The notes under the pieces: model-generated
The model's input: the letters and a program-made list of their open reading frames with translations, nothing else
Told to the model about the DNA's origin: nothing
Databases searched by the model: none
NCBI RefSeq assembly: GCF_000315625.1
Contig: NW_005434663.1
Coordinates: 124,001 to 188,000 of the forward strand
Length of the DNA stretch: 64,000 bases
Direction of reading: 5' to 3'
Source: Guillardia theta CCMP2712
Lineage: Eukaryota; Protista; Cryptophyta
Shown here: positions 15,382 through 28,515 of the stretch, piece by piece
Position numbering within the stretch: position 1 is the stretch's first letter
Layout of the letters: each line of letters starts with the position of its first letter
Position numbers and translations under genes: made by a program

Positions 15382-18300
15382 ATGAAACTGCAGCAGCGGC
15401 TCGAACATCATCTCGCCCTTGTGTTCTTGCTGGCCCTGCTGCAGCTTGCTTCATCGGCGTTCTACACTGGCAGTGCTCAAGTTTCGCTTGCCTTGGACCC
15501 TCCCGCGGCAGGACGACCTGCCACCTTAACCTTCACTATCAAACCGACCGATCCGATCACAAGTGGAGATTCGCTGCGATTCTTGCTGTCTCGATTTCAG
15601 AAATGCGGGTATGACTGCACAGAGCAGGTGCAAGTGGAGCAAAATGATTACACATCTGATGTAGCCACTTGGTTCGAGGGCAACTACACTCTGGTGTTCA
15701 CATTCATCAACACCTTAGCCAGTTCCAGTTCGTTGTCTCTTAAGGTTTCATCCACACAAAACATCAAGATTCCAAATGGTGGGCTAACTCAAAATGATCC
15801 TCTTGTTCAATACTGTGTGGAACAGTCTTGCCCGTGCTCTGTGCCAGCTATTGGGTCGTTTTACAGCCCATTTCCCAATCAACCTCTTCAGCTTGTGTTG
15901 ACACATCGGTATGATATTGGTTCTCCTTTGAATGCCAAGCTCTCTTTCTTTAACGCAATGCCCCTGCAGCTCTCTGATATCATAACCGTCTCGTTGCCGT
16001 ACTTTTATGGAAGTTCGTCGCAGGGGACACCTGTAGCAGGGATTCCTTTTTCAATCTCATGGAACAATGAAACATTTGAGTTGTCCATGACGTACACTTC
16101 TTCTCAACCATACACTTCTGAATACCATGTTCTCAACAATCTCTTCGACACTCTCGAAATTTTCGCTCCTTCTATCGGTGTCGAAAACTCTTTCCCGGTC
16201 TTGACGATTCAGTCAGACGCAGCTCAAGGTCCAGTTCCTCCGACCGCGATACAAACTTCTTTCCTCCCCGGCAAAGTCAAGACCTCCAATGTTTCGTTTT
16301 GCAATTGCAGCTGCGTCTTCGACGGGTTTGAATGGATGTGTCATCGAGATACTCCAGCGCCCGGAGCAAGTGCAGAGATTGAGTTTGTCATGGAATTCAA
16401 CGTCAATCTATCATACGGCCAAACAATCTCAATGGTGATGTCGAACATCAGCGCCAACGATCAATCAAACATCCCCCTTTCACTTCATTCCATCAAAACT
16501 TTTGCTCCTGGATCAAAATCTGTTTTCTGGTTGGAAAGAAATCCCTATGGTTGTTTGACTCAAGCTCAGTGTTCTTCCTTGGAATACGCTTCAGGTTCAA
16601 TCTTCTCACAAGCGTCTTGGTCCAACAAGACCTCAACGCTAGAGTTTACCATGAATGCAGATATTCCCATGAACACATTGATCAGAGCAGTGATACCACA
16701 ATCTGCTGGATTTCAGATTCCTAAAGATGGTATTCCGGCTAGTTATCACGATGTATTCATGAAATCTTCAGGCTCCAAGTCTAGCATAGAGTTTGCCCCT
16801 TTCAAACACATCGAAGCAGTGTCGCTGTTTGATTTCTTTTCAGTTTCTTTCGATCCTCCAAGGCCTTTCCAGCAGGCTGATGTTTACATCACGTTTTCCA
16901 AGAGCACTGACATCTTCCCGGGAGACATCCTAGCTTTGTTTCTTCCGGGCTTTCATTTCAATATCTCTGAATTCAATGTGAGCGCAGGATCACAGTCATT
17001 TTGGAGAGGTGAAAGAAATTGTTTGTTTCTCTCGGCTGACATGCTTGTTTCGACAGGAAATTGGAGCCACAAAGACGAAATTTTGTATCTTGCCAGCGCA
17101 AATCTACTATCAGCAGGAGAGCTTCAAAGTGTATCTCTTCAACGTCTTGGAATTGTCTTACCACTGGCCGGAGTACCTGCACTGGAGATAAAGTCATGGA
17201 TGATTTCTCAATTGTTTCCTGTTGCCATAACCCCTGTCGTCAATACCCAGCGAGTTCCAGCAGCACTTTCAGATACCAATCTGACTTTCAACAAGAAGGA
17301 TGCAATTGGATTCTCAACTCTCTCATTTCAGTTCACGATCAATGTAATCATGTCAAGTCAGGATGTCATAAGGCTGAATCTTGTGGATTTTTCTGGAGTT
17401 GAGGTCCTTCACAAGGCAGTAACCATATACAGTGACGATCTCAAGCACTCTGCGCGTGCAAATGCTAGCTGGCTTCCCAGACAGTATCTGGAACTCATCG
17501 TACTTGATGCCTTGCCCGTCAATTCGAGTTGGCGTGTCGATCTCGATGAGGGATTTCATATTTCTCTTCCGTTATTCAAGATCTCCTCTCCTAATGTTGA
17601 TGTGTTCTTACAGAGCTATGGGAACCTGACTCACAGACCGTTTGATTTCATCAGCCCCATTTCTCCACTCCTCTCAGCTTCTTTCCACTACATCTCAGTC
17701 CAAGCTGGGCAAGTTTCCGCTTTTCGCTTGACGCTGCTTACTCTCGACTTTGTTCTAAAACGGGTAAAAGAGACGCGAGACGGTGGTTGAGACTGAGAGG
17801 TTTTGCAGGGAGATGAAGTTATCATAACCCTCAATGGTTTCTCCAAGGTCGGCGACGGGCTGCTGAATCAGAGTTCGCTGATAGGGCAGTATTTTGAAGC
17901 TGCTTTCTTCAATGCTTCGTCCAGTCGTTTGGTCCTTACCGTCAACCAAACCTTGTCCATGTACTTCGTCGAATTCTTACACGACGTTGGAATTGCATTT
18001 CCCCCGGGAGGGATCGAGATTGACAGTCGATTGGTCTCAATCGAACTCAACACGACCAACTATGGCATCATTCACAAATACTTCATACCAAACTTGCCTC
18101 CCCTGGGCGCCTTCTATCAACCGGTCAATCTTTCCTTCTCCAACCCCATCGCAAGTCAATTCACTTCTTTCCAATTGAACGTTAGCTACTTCAGAATGTT
18201 GCAGACAGGCGATGCCTTGATACTTTCGCTCTCGGAATTCGGACACAAAACTTCTTCTGCTTTCAACGTGATTTCGAGACCTCCAGGAGTCTTTTCATAT

Positions 18301-21300
18301 TGCAGCTTTGTGAATCAGACCTTCTCAATCTCCTGCGTCGTGACCTCTCAGCACAAGATTCCTCCCTTCCAACAGTTTTCAATCACGGCTGTTGACTCAG
18401 TCCTCCAACTTCCCACTCATGGAGTGCTTCTTCCGTCTTCGACTTGTGTCAACACATCCCAAGCGTGTCCGATGGCTATCGCTGTCTCTGCTCAACGAGG
18501 AAGCGTGTACGCAAATCCTCGCTACTTCATCAGGAATTATCGTCCGATCGGCACTTTCCGGTTCTCATCAGTGTCGTTTGATCCTGAGACTCCCGGCAAC
18601 GTGACGGAGATTCAACTCACCTTCACTCTGTCGTTCGACATGAAGGAGAAGGACAGGATGACGATGTTGATGCCTTACCTGGTCGCAAGAGACGCAAAGG
18701 GATCGTTCGATCTCGGTAACACCTCCGGGTTTCAGCAGGGGCAGTGGACCAGGGAGACCGGCGGCATCCTCTTCTCATTTGAAAGCACCCTCGCCGTTCC
18801 CTCGGGCAAGCAGCAAACGCTTCTCGTCCCTCGCATGAGCGGATTCTCGATTCCGCCTCAAGGGATCAGCTACGGCCTGAAGGCTGAAACCTTGTTGGCC
18901 TATGCTGGGGAGCAAGGCAACATTGTCAGCACACCTGTTGCATTCATAGTCTTGAAGGGAAAGTTTGAGAGTGTGCAGCTGATAGTCTCGCCCATGATCG
19001 CTGGCTCAGATGTCCATGTTCAAGTAAGTTTCCGGCCGTCGATGACGATCAGTGCCGGAAGCTACGTGCGACTTCGATTCCATCAGTTCCTAGTAACGGC
19101 TGGGGCAATGAGCACACAAGTCGGCATGACCGTGAACCCGGACTTACCGGCCCCTCAGAATCTCATGGAAAGAGGGAGCTTTGCTTCCGGGGAGCTCACG
19201 GTCTCCATCACTAGGGAGATTGCTTCTCGTTCTCTTGTGCTTGTTGACGTCCCTCCAAGCATGAACCTCAGCGTCCCGTTTGCCGGCATTTCAAACGCAA
19301 CTCCAGCTCTGTTTCTATCGACAGATACTGTGCAGGGCCCTGTAGACGGACAAGCTGTATATGTGAACGTGTATCCTTTCTTCATGCAGAATGCCATCAC
19401 CTTGAACTATGCCAGTCCTGTCACCGTCAACATTCAGCTGCAAGCAAGGTGAGATGTCATCCCTCGATGCTTGTGGTGACGAGGCTACCAGGAACAAGAT
19501 CAACAAGGGCTCCACCTTGGACTTGTACTTGAACTCGTTCTTGAAACGCTCTTGCTCGCCCACCGGCTGCCCCATCCAGCTTGACGTGAAGAGGATTGCA
19601 TACGCGTCAGCGTCCACGTCATCGGTGGGCTCATGCCAGTGTCAGAACCTTGCGTATCCTGCAGCAGGTGACTGGTGGCGACGATGAATTTAGATCACAG
19701 ACTTTGAGCAGGGCGCCAGTTTTTGTTCTTTGGTTCAACCTGCCTAGCCTGGAATCTCTATCTCCAGGTATCCTCATCTTTCAATCGATTGTCCTGAGAA
19801 TGTCTGTAGAACCCTTGCAATCAGCCTCACTGTTGTAGCAACTTTTGCTTCGTCAAACCGACTTGTCCGACCGCAACACCCTGGGACTACAACAACAATG
19901 TTTACGTATCCTATGAAAATTGTGCAAACAATCAGAGTCAGGTTTGCAGCTTGATGTACGTCCACGTTATGACTTGCTATACAGTACTGCCCGGTCACTT
20001 ACCAGGTCACAAGCCGTGAAGGAGGGTGTGTTTTTGCTTCTTCTGAAGGTGCTTGCTTATGTTTGACCCCTAGCACCTGGTATCCTGAGCTACAGAGGCT
20101 TTCTTTCAAGATTTCAGAGGACGTGTTGGCTTATTCCCCTCTTGTCCTGAGCATAGCTTCGGATCAAGGTTTTTACACCCGCCAGGTAATCTCTGTCAAC
20201 GACCTTGCTCTATAACTATAACTAAGGAGTTCCGTATGACTTGGTTGATCTTCTTCTAGGAGGGAATCCCTGGTTCTGATCCGTTCTTGATGTTTCAAGA
20301 TGGAATAATCGCAGGAAAACTACCTCTGATGTTTCAAAACCGTACGGGGGCGTTTGAAAACTCCTCTATGACCAGCTCCAAAGATTTGTCTGCTGGAGAG
20401 ACTTCAGAGTTTTCTCTCAAGTTCATCGCAAACATTGACATACTAAGCGGCGAACACGTCTTCGCGTACCTGCCTGGATTCTCATCGCCACGTCAGACCA
20501 TTCCGTTTGCTTTCCTATGCAACAGCTCGTCGTCAGCTTTCTCGCGAGGAGTCTGGTATCCTTCCAACTTCACGCTTGTCTTTCCCGTGGCAAACAACAT
20601 CACAAGGAATAGCTCGATCATCATCGTCATTCCTAAAGATGTTGTCTTCGTCCCGCTTCACGGATACAATGCTTCCCGTCCCCTCCGTCTCTTCACTGAC
20701 GCCAGTGTTTGGCCGACGTCTCCTGAGACTGGCGACCAGATTGAATTTCCGAGCATAGGCGCTCTTTGGAACACGATGGTCACTTTCCATCCGCCCCTGG
20801 TCGACGAACGTCTGCAGCTCAACTTTTCCTTCACTCCCATGGTCTCTCCCCGGCTCGGCGACCGAGTCTTCCTCTACTTGTCTGGGTTTGCTGGCCCCAG
20901 CCAGGAGGAGCAGGTGAGGGTTCTCCAGCAGGTGCCCGCAAACTCCTTCCGAGTGGGTTGGCAGCGAGTCAGCGCGTCTCAAGCAGCTCTTGTTCTTGTG
21001 TTCATCCGGGACGACCTCGCTGCTGGGACCGACTGCTTCATCTCCCTCCCCTCCTCCTGCACGTTCGTCCTCGCCGATGGCTCATGTCGCAACGACAGCG
21101 CCATCTCCCTGCCATCGAAGGTGCTCTAGACCTCCTCCTTGCCGCGTGCTGACTTGCCCTTGTCCTCCAGGCCCTCACGAGCTACAGCCCAGCTGCGTTG
21201 CAGTTCGCTGGTTCCTTCATCAACGGTCGAGTGCTCGCAACTTCTGTAGCCATGAGCAGCGCAATCTCAGCTGCTCCTGCCATGAACGCGCTGGCTGGGC

Positions 21301-22688
21301 ACTGGGAGGGAACGACCTTCCTGTCGGCAGGCGTCTACTCTGCCAACCGCCTCCTGCAATCAATGTCTTGTCTCAGCCAAGGGCTCCAGTGTCCCAGCTC
21401 CTCATCTTACTCATGCGATGTCTGGTCGCTTCCGACGAGCTTGGACGTGGAACGTGCGTCTGCTAGGTGAGGTCGACCTCTCCTCCTCCTCCTCCCTCAC
21501 TCCTCCACAGGCTTCAAGTCACCCCGACCACTCGAACGCCCTTGGGGTTCACCCACACGTTCTTCTCCGGGAGCTTCACGTCAGACCTGCTGCTGCTGCA
21601 GTACGACATGTACCACCTTGTGTGAGTAGCCGCGCGCGATCAAACTCCGGCGATGACTCTTGTTGATAGCATGACAAACATGACCGAGAAGAACCAGACA
21701 AACTTCATGCAAGCTGTCAACAGCTCGAACCTTTGCGCGTATGCTAGGCCGATGTATCTGGTCGACACGAACATGTCGTATCAACTTGCGATGGAGCTAG
21801 TGCTGGACTTCACATTCGAGACTCTCAGGTTGCAATTGACCTGTTGTCATCTTGTACTCATCGCATGTTATGTTGTTTTGTACTCATCGCATATCATGTT
21901 ATGTTGTTGTAATTTTGCACTCATTGATGTGTCAGGTTCGACCGCCTCTATCTCATCTGCCGCGTCAACGTCTCTGGCTCCTCTCAGTTCAACCCCTTGG
22001 GCTTGCAACTTGCGGATCCCAACCGTCTGCTGGCCCTCCAGCTCGCCCTGGCTACCCTAGCCCAAGTGTCCCCCATCAACGTTGTCTTCGCCTCCTCCGC
22101 CAACTTCTCCAACGGCAGCACCTGCTCTGACAGCCTCTCCTGCCTCCTTCAGTTCTATGTCTTTGCCGAGCACGAGTGGCAGCAGCTCGACCTGCGGCTG
22201 TGGGTCTCCAAGTTCCAGGCTGCGGTGGAGAGTCAGCAGTTGACGCAGGAGACGCTCAAGGGGCATGTCAACGTGTCTCTCTCCCTCGCCGAGCCCTTCA
22301 GTTGGTCCCCCCGCCTCGTCCCCAGCCCTTCCTGTCCTCCCCCGCCGCAGGTGACCCCCGAGCACGTCCGCTCCTCTCCTTACCTCTTGCAACTTCAGTA
22401 TCGAGCAAGCCGGCGGTTGTCTTGGGCGCTAGGAGGAGGAATGCCGGTGGGAGCAGCAGCCTCAGGCTTCGCCACTGCAAGTTCTGCTTCCTGCACATCA
22501 AAGTAAAGGAGGAGGAGGAGGAGGAGCTACCGGGGCCTCTGACTTGCTTTATTAGGCGAGGAGCCCAGGACGGGCAAGCGATCTTGTACTCTCCTTCCTC
22601 CTCCTCGCTTGGGTTTCGGCTGGTGGGAGTGATGACGAGAAGAGGAGCAGGGAAGTTGACGGTAACAGGTGAGACTGTGATGGGATGA
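15382..22688 (+). CDS. Large secreted protein with tandem ~130-150 aa beta-rich repeats (multi-exon; 3' end approximate)
   Basis: Signal peptide (LALVFLLALLQLASSA). Consecutive ORFs 15382-17790, 17803-19452, 20287-21129 and later ones are linked by short introns. Recurring motif like VSFxPPxxGxxxxLxFxFxxxxxLxxGDxLxLxLPGF; many N-x-S/T sequons. Confidence 0.75.
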
Positions 22689-22860
22689 CGGCATACAAGT
22701 GATGGGATGCAGTGGATACAGTTGCCGCCACTCCAGGAGGAGCTGCGAGGATTCCTTGGTTCTCAGAGACAATGATAGCAGGAGCAGCTGCGCTCGTGAT
22801 GTTTCATATATATTTCTTGTAAATAGACAGACAAGCTCAAAGAATAAAGACACAAAGGTT

Positions 22861-25713
22861 CTATGTACACGCGGAGTCGTCGGGGAAGAGGGGCAGGCTC
22901 ATGAGCTTCTTGTAGGAGACCTGCTTCGAGCCAGGCACTCTGACAGCCTCCAACACGTCGATCTCAGCGATCTCCATCTCAATCTCCGGCACAAGACTTT
23001 CCTTCCCTCCCTCCACCACCAGACTGTCGAACAGCTCCGAGTTCAGTTCCCCCATCCTCCGCTCTCGCGTTCGATGTCTCCGTGTCTTTTGCATCCATGA
23101 CCGATGCCTCTTCGCACCTCTCCCACTCGTCATCGCCCTCGCCTCCTGCTTCGCCGAGTTCCTCGACTGTCCGTTACGATTCGTTTCCTCCAAGAGGCTC
23201 TGCAATGCAGTCGATCGCTGCGTGTCCTGAATCCACTTGCCGAAGGCCCTCAAGCTCCGCCGCTCGTTGGAGTTCAGGTTGCCCTTGGTCCGACTCTTCC
23301 CTAGGGTGATGTGAGCGCAGAAGGGCCGCGGGTCCACAAGACTCTTTGCTGCGCACGAGCGGCGGAGAGCATCGTGCAGCTCGACGAGCTGCGGCAGACT
23401 CTGATCGTCCAGGCCCAGCCAGATCACTCGGGGAATTCTTCCCCATCCGGACCCAGCCGCGTGCCAGAAACATCCGAGTTCACCTGTGGCGACCTTGAAA
23501 GGACTGATGTTTGCCGTCCGCACTGCCTCTTGTACAGACTGCAGAACCTCGTCCATGGACTCTCCAGGAACGTCAAACGTTTGAATCGTAATATGCATCG
23601 TATTCGGATCAATCCATCGCACCAGACTGTCGAGCAACTTTGAGTCAAGAGGAAATTCCCGTCGAATGGTGTCGAGCAGTTTTGTCAGCTGAACCTTGGA
23701 ATGCTCGGACAAGGATATTGTTGCGAATATTCTCTTCGTGGCAACCTGTGATTGAAGGAGTCATCAGCAAAGCTAACATAGCATGCACTTTCTTCTCACC
23801 TGCGTTTCATAGACAGCACCCACTTTTCGTTGAATCTCATACGCGCTGCTCTCGACTATCTCGTCGTCCTCTTGCACACTTTCTTCATTCTGACTCAGAT
23901 CTTCGAATGCTTCAGATTCCTCCTTCTCGTCTTCGTCGGGGACGTCAAACAGGCCCAAATTCTCCTCCATGAGACGTTTCCTCATCAACTTTGTGGGCTT
24001 TCCGATGGTAGGAGGAGCAAACACAGACCGAATATCCGTAATGCCCTTGGCTGGAGAAGTAGAAATGACATGATCTCCTTTACGGCAAACTCTTATCGTT
24101 GCCCGTGGGGGGTTGTCACCAGGAGGATCATAGATTTGTTCATCAAGTCCTTCCGAGGTGATGGAGTAGCAAACAATTCGAACAGAGTACCTGAAACAAC
24201 GGGTCACGATCACAACCATCGCAATCGTGCACGTACAGATGTGCAGAGGCCATGAAAAGGTCATCTCGAGCGGCCGGAACGTTCCACCATGCTTTCGAAA
24301 AGTATCGTTTGAACTCCTGTGCACTGAGTTTCCAGCCCGCTATTCCATTCAGTTTATCAATCTGCATCACATTCAGTTTGTGCACATTTCTTTCAAGAAG
24401 TTGACCTGTGATGACAACAAAGATAAGACATCCTGTCTTGCGCGCTTAGCAGCAAATGGATATTGCTTCCCGCTCCCCATAACCTGAATCATAAGATTAC
24501 GGTCAGATCTCGGCAAAGGCTTCTCTGCTCAATAATCACTGACCGTCTGTTCTCTAAAATCGTAGCCGCGAGGCCTAAGCCCAGCACATTGTAACCCTTT
24601 CATGAGCGACAGGAAGTAGCTGTCCTTGTGCGGAGGTACCTGTGTGTTTAGATTACACCTCCTTCTTGACCTCGAAGACAATGAGAACCGTCTCAGGGCG
24701 CAATCCGAGGTCGTTCAGTCTCAAAATCATCTCCCTCAAAGCCTCATTTTCTGGCTCATTCCACAGGTTTCCACTGATATCTGAGAATTGAATCCTTGCA
24801 TGCCGAAATTTTTGCTCCTTCATAGCATATGAGGAAGCATTCTCCCTTAAGTCGAAGTCCTTGACGTCATCTTCTGAGATTTCAGTGTCCTGGTCTGTGA
24901 ATTGTCTACCTTCAAAGTTATTGGGTGCTTTGTCATCGCTTTCCAAGCTCGATATTTTTCTTTCCAACACTAGGATTCTATCTTTGAGCATGAGCTTCCT
25001 CTTCTTGAGCGCAGATATTTGTGCGTATGAGTGCACAGCAGGCTGCATTAGCTCAGTAGAGAGCTTGTCCGATATCTGTAAAATGCAGCTCAGCGCAACA
25101 ACCAGAATTTCTCTCATGCAGCTCAAAAGAACATTTCAAGACTCACCTCGTTTATATCCCGATGTTCTGCCTTGAGCTTGTCCAGCTCCGTTTTCAGCCG
25201 CTTGATTTCAGACTGCACGGAATCCATTTCTTGCGGCCGATCATCAACTTGCGGAGTGTCTCCAAGAAAGGCCTCGGTAGATTGGGAGGGATTGTTGACC
25301 GTATGCTCTAGCTTGAAGCCTAATTTAGAGAAATTATAATACACAGCTGGTTTCAAGACATTTGCAGGAAAATCAGTATTCACATCTGCATGGGGTTTTC
25401 GCGAACTCCTGCTATGAGCGTCTGGCTGAAACAATGAAGGTTGCCTCTGAATCCTACTTCCTTCACCGACGTCCATTCTCAGGCTGGATGCATGGCAAAT
25501 CTTTCGGAAACGCGATGATGTGATCGATCCCGTCTTCCTGTGGAAGTTTACATGATAGAAAGAAGGAGAAAATGCCAAGTTTCGTCCCGAATCTGTACTT
25601 ATAGCGAAGGCAACATGCCTCCCATCGTCAAGCTGAAGGGTGTTGCTGCATGTCTTTCCAGGCCATACGGCCCCAAAATATAGAAGAAACAGAAAGAAGA
25701 CTCCTCGGTACAT
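22861..25713 (-). CDS. Signal peptide + coiled coil + OTU-like domain (Cys>Ser) + 2H phosphoesterase (LigT/ThpR-like) fusion protein
   Basis: Phase-compatible GT-AG introns (25076-25146, 24640-24688, 23746-23799 and others) join ORFs 25123-25713, 24653-25126, 23773-24324 and 22861-23712. The 2H domain starts RIFATISL and has both HxT motifs (HITI 23584-23595, HITL 23302-23313). Confidence 0.75.
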
Positions 25714-26429
25714 GAGTCCAATGCGTGTTTGAGAAATCGAGATGCTTCAGGATTGATTCATTCTACAGATATCTGTTGATCACCCAACTCGGAACTTCTG
25801 CAAAGAGCAACATAAGAAGGAATCAGGATAAAGCGATATCTGTGATGAATAGGTTCGAAGATCCTTGCATCCAAGAACCATGAATCTGTCTGCAGAATAT
25901 TTTCCGCCCCTAAACCATTCGCTTTCGTACACTTTCCCCTTGGTTCCCTCCCTGCGCTGCTCATCTCGTTCCGTTTTATCTTCCATTCTTTGCCTGCTTC
26001 CTCTCTATACTCATCCCGTCGTTTCATCTCTCCTAGTCCCGCTTCTCATTGCTTCTTTCCTCAGCTCGCTCATCCTCCTCCTCCAATGCCCTTGCCGCAC
26101 CATAGCCCTCCTTACCCTCGATTCATTCATCTTCTCTTTGACGCCTACCCTCCTTGCTACTCGTCTCAATTCTCTTCCCCTTCTCCATTTCCCCATTTCA
26201 TGTGGTACTTTCCCTTTATCAACTTCAGCTCCTGCTTCTTCCCCCTGTAAGGCACCTTTTTCCGTCACTGTTGTCGCTTTCCTCCTCCTCCCATCTTCAA
26301 TCTCTAGCCTTTGCTTCATCTCGCTCCTGTTCCTCGCTCCTTCCTCTCTTTCCCTCTTCTGCTCCCTCACGTTCGTCGCCGTCGGCTACGTCTCCTCTGT
26401 ACTCCACTGCATTTCCTTGTCACTATCGC

Positions 26430-28130
26430 CCTAGCAGTGATGTTGCAGGGCGGGAGAGGTGCCAGCCCACAAAGGGTGGGTTATCTGATAGAGGTAGGGG
26501 TACTTGTTCAAAAACATCTGAGACTACCCGTATATTTAACGATATATGACAGGGTCATACCAAGGTAAGGTATTTTAAAAGGGGGTACTTGAAAATTTGG
26601 TAAGGTACTGAATGGAGGTGGTCCTTCCAAAAACCGATAACAGGACACAGCAGACATTTCAGATATTTTTCGAACATTTACTCTTAATTTCAAAATTCAT
26701 GGACAAAATATAAACACTCTCTGCCAAATTTGCTCTACACCGACTCCTAGGACTCCGGGACATACCAGTTTCATGAGTCGCATGCGTATCCTCTGGGATA
26801 CTTGACTATTGACACTCGGGAGTCAGCCGGCACCTTGGCCGGAGGCCCGGCCCGGCACTGAAAATCACCTCCATCCTACTCAAAGTTAGTTTAAAACCCT
26901 TCCCGGCGACCGTGGTTCAAAGGGCCCCGGACCCGAAGATGCCCAATTAAATATTTATAAAATGTTTATATTTAGATACATTTTGCAGCCCCAATTTTTA
27001 TTAAGAATCTAAATTATGACTCAAGATTTCAAATTTTGGCACAAATATTATAGTATTAATAACAGAATCGCTTTTTAGCGTTCTTTATTTCAAATTTAAA
27101 TCCCGCACGAGGCAAGTAAAGATCCCCTACCCCCTGTACTACCCTCTGAAGCACGCAACTGCAAGGGAATATGGTGGGGTAGTCCCTGCATGTGGTACCT
27201 TTACAGTTGGAGGAAAGAAACACTACCCCCATGTTCCCTGATAAATGGATATGAATGAGGGGGTTCTTTCCCATTAACTCCATTTTGTAGCTGAGGGGGA
27301 TTCGAGCCCTCTATGCGACCCCGGGTCGGAGCTCCCCTACCCCTGGTAGTTCTTTCTGACCCCACCCCCTGACCACTAAAACCTTCTCTACCCCCTTTTG
27401 GATAGACAACAGCACCCGTCAAAGTCATACCTGAGAACCCTCCACCCTACTCACAACAACCACCCCTGATGAACGTCCTCAATGGAAATTTTAAAAGTAC
27501 CCCTACCCCCAAATATTTTTGATCCACCCCTGTGAATAAACATGCTCACACTTCTAAGACCCCCCACCTCCCAAAAGACCTCGAAGTACCCACCTATTCC
27601 CAACGCTTTCGTCCTATCCACCCCTTGTGGAATGGTGGGGTACCGAGGATCCGGAGGCTGCCTGCTGTAAGGGAAGGGTGGGGTCCTCTAAGTGTGTGAT
27701 GTCTACTATCAGGGGTATTGTTTACTCCGTATTTGAGGGTAGGGGTGGTTGAATATAAGCTTTGAGAGGTTGCATCGGCAATAAGGGGTGTTTCGGACGA
27801 TGGGGGGTAGGGGTAGTCACTTACCATTGGACAATCCCAGGTGGGTGGTAAGTCGCAACAGACCAAATTGGGTTATAGGGTGGTACAAACTCTCAAGCAG
27901 GGGTTCTTATCGACATAACCTCATCAAAGTGTAAAAAGGTGGGTATTTTGACAGACAAAAGAAGGGGTGAAGTTTGAAATCGTATTTTTGAGAGAGTAGG
28001 GTCATACCCCTAAAACTTCACCAGGGGGTGGAGTTCACACGAGTGGTGTGGGTCTGGGAGAGAGGTGGGGTAGGGACACGTCAGGGTAGTTCAGATATGT
28101 ACTGGGGGTAGGGGTAGGGTGGACTCGTGC
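26430..28130. repeat. Non-coding intergenic block rich in TACCCC/GGGGTA and CCGG motifs
   Basis: No credible ORF. Many CCCCTACCC/GGGTAGGGG words, AT-rich spacers and a CCGG-rich patch at ~26750-26940. Similar sequence at 36330-37070 and 63780-64000. Confidence 0.55.
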
Positions 28131-28515
28131 GGCGGCCGCGGCAGTCATGCAGGAGATCGGGGCGCTCAAAGTCACAAAGGTGAGGGAGAAGAGAAGAAGA
28201 GGAGGGATTGTTCGTGTTGGTTGTCTTGTCAGAGCAAGGGCGATGGATCCTCTGTTGTGCATCGCTCTTGCCTGATCATGATAAGGCACAAGTGAAGTTT
28301 GTTCGCGCGATTTTGGGGGCCGCTTTTTGATTTGTGCATTGTGTGCTCTCGTGGATAGCTAGAGGATGGTTTGCTAATGACGTTGGTTATCGAAGCGTGG
28401 CATGAATCGAGATGTAGACAACATGATGAATCTGTCTTGATTGTGCGAACATCTGCACCTTATTGAAATTGGATTTGCCAGTAAGCTAATGGTTGTTTGT
28501 TTGCAGAGCTTTTCC

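Noticed and set aside
15382-15480. ASSA-F signal cleavage site resembling a plastid ASAFAP motif
   Set aside because: No transit-peptide-like region follows; the first repeat starts immediately and the protein is rich in glycosylation sequons, so secretion is more likely.
25865-26568. Several overlapping Leu/Ser- or Arg/Glu-rich ORFs
   Set aside because: Products of a CT-rich low-complexity upstream region with no domain signal.
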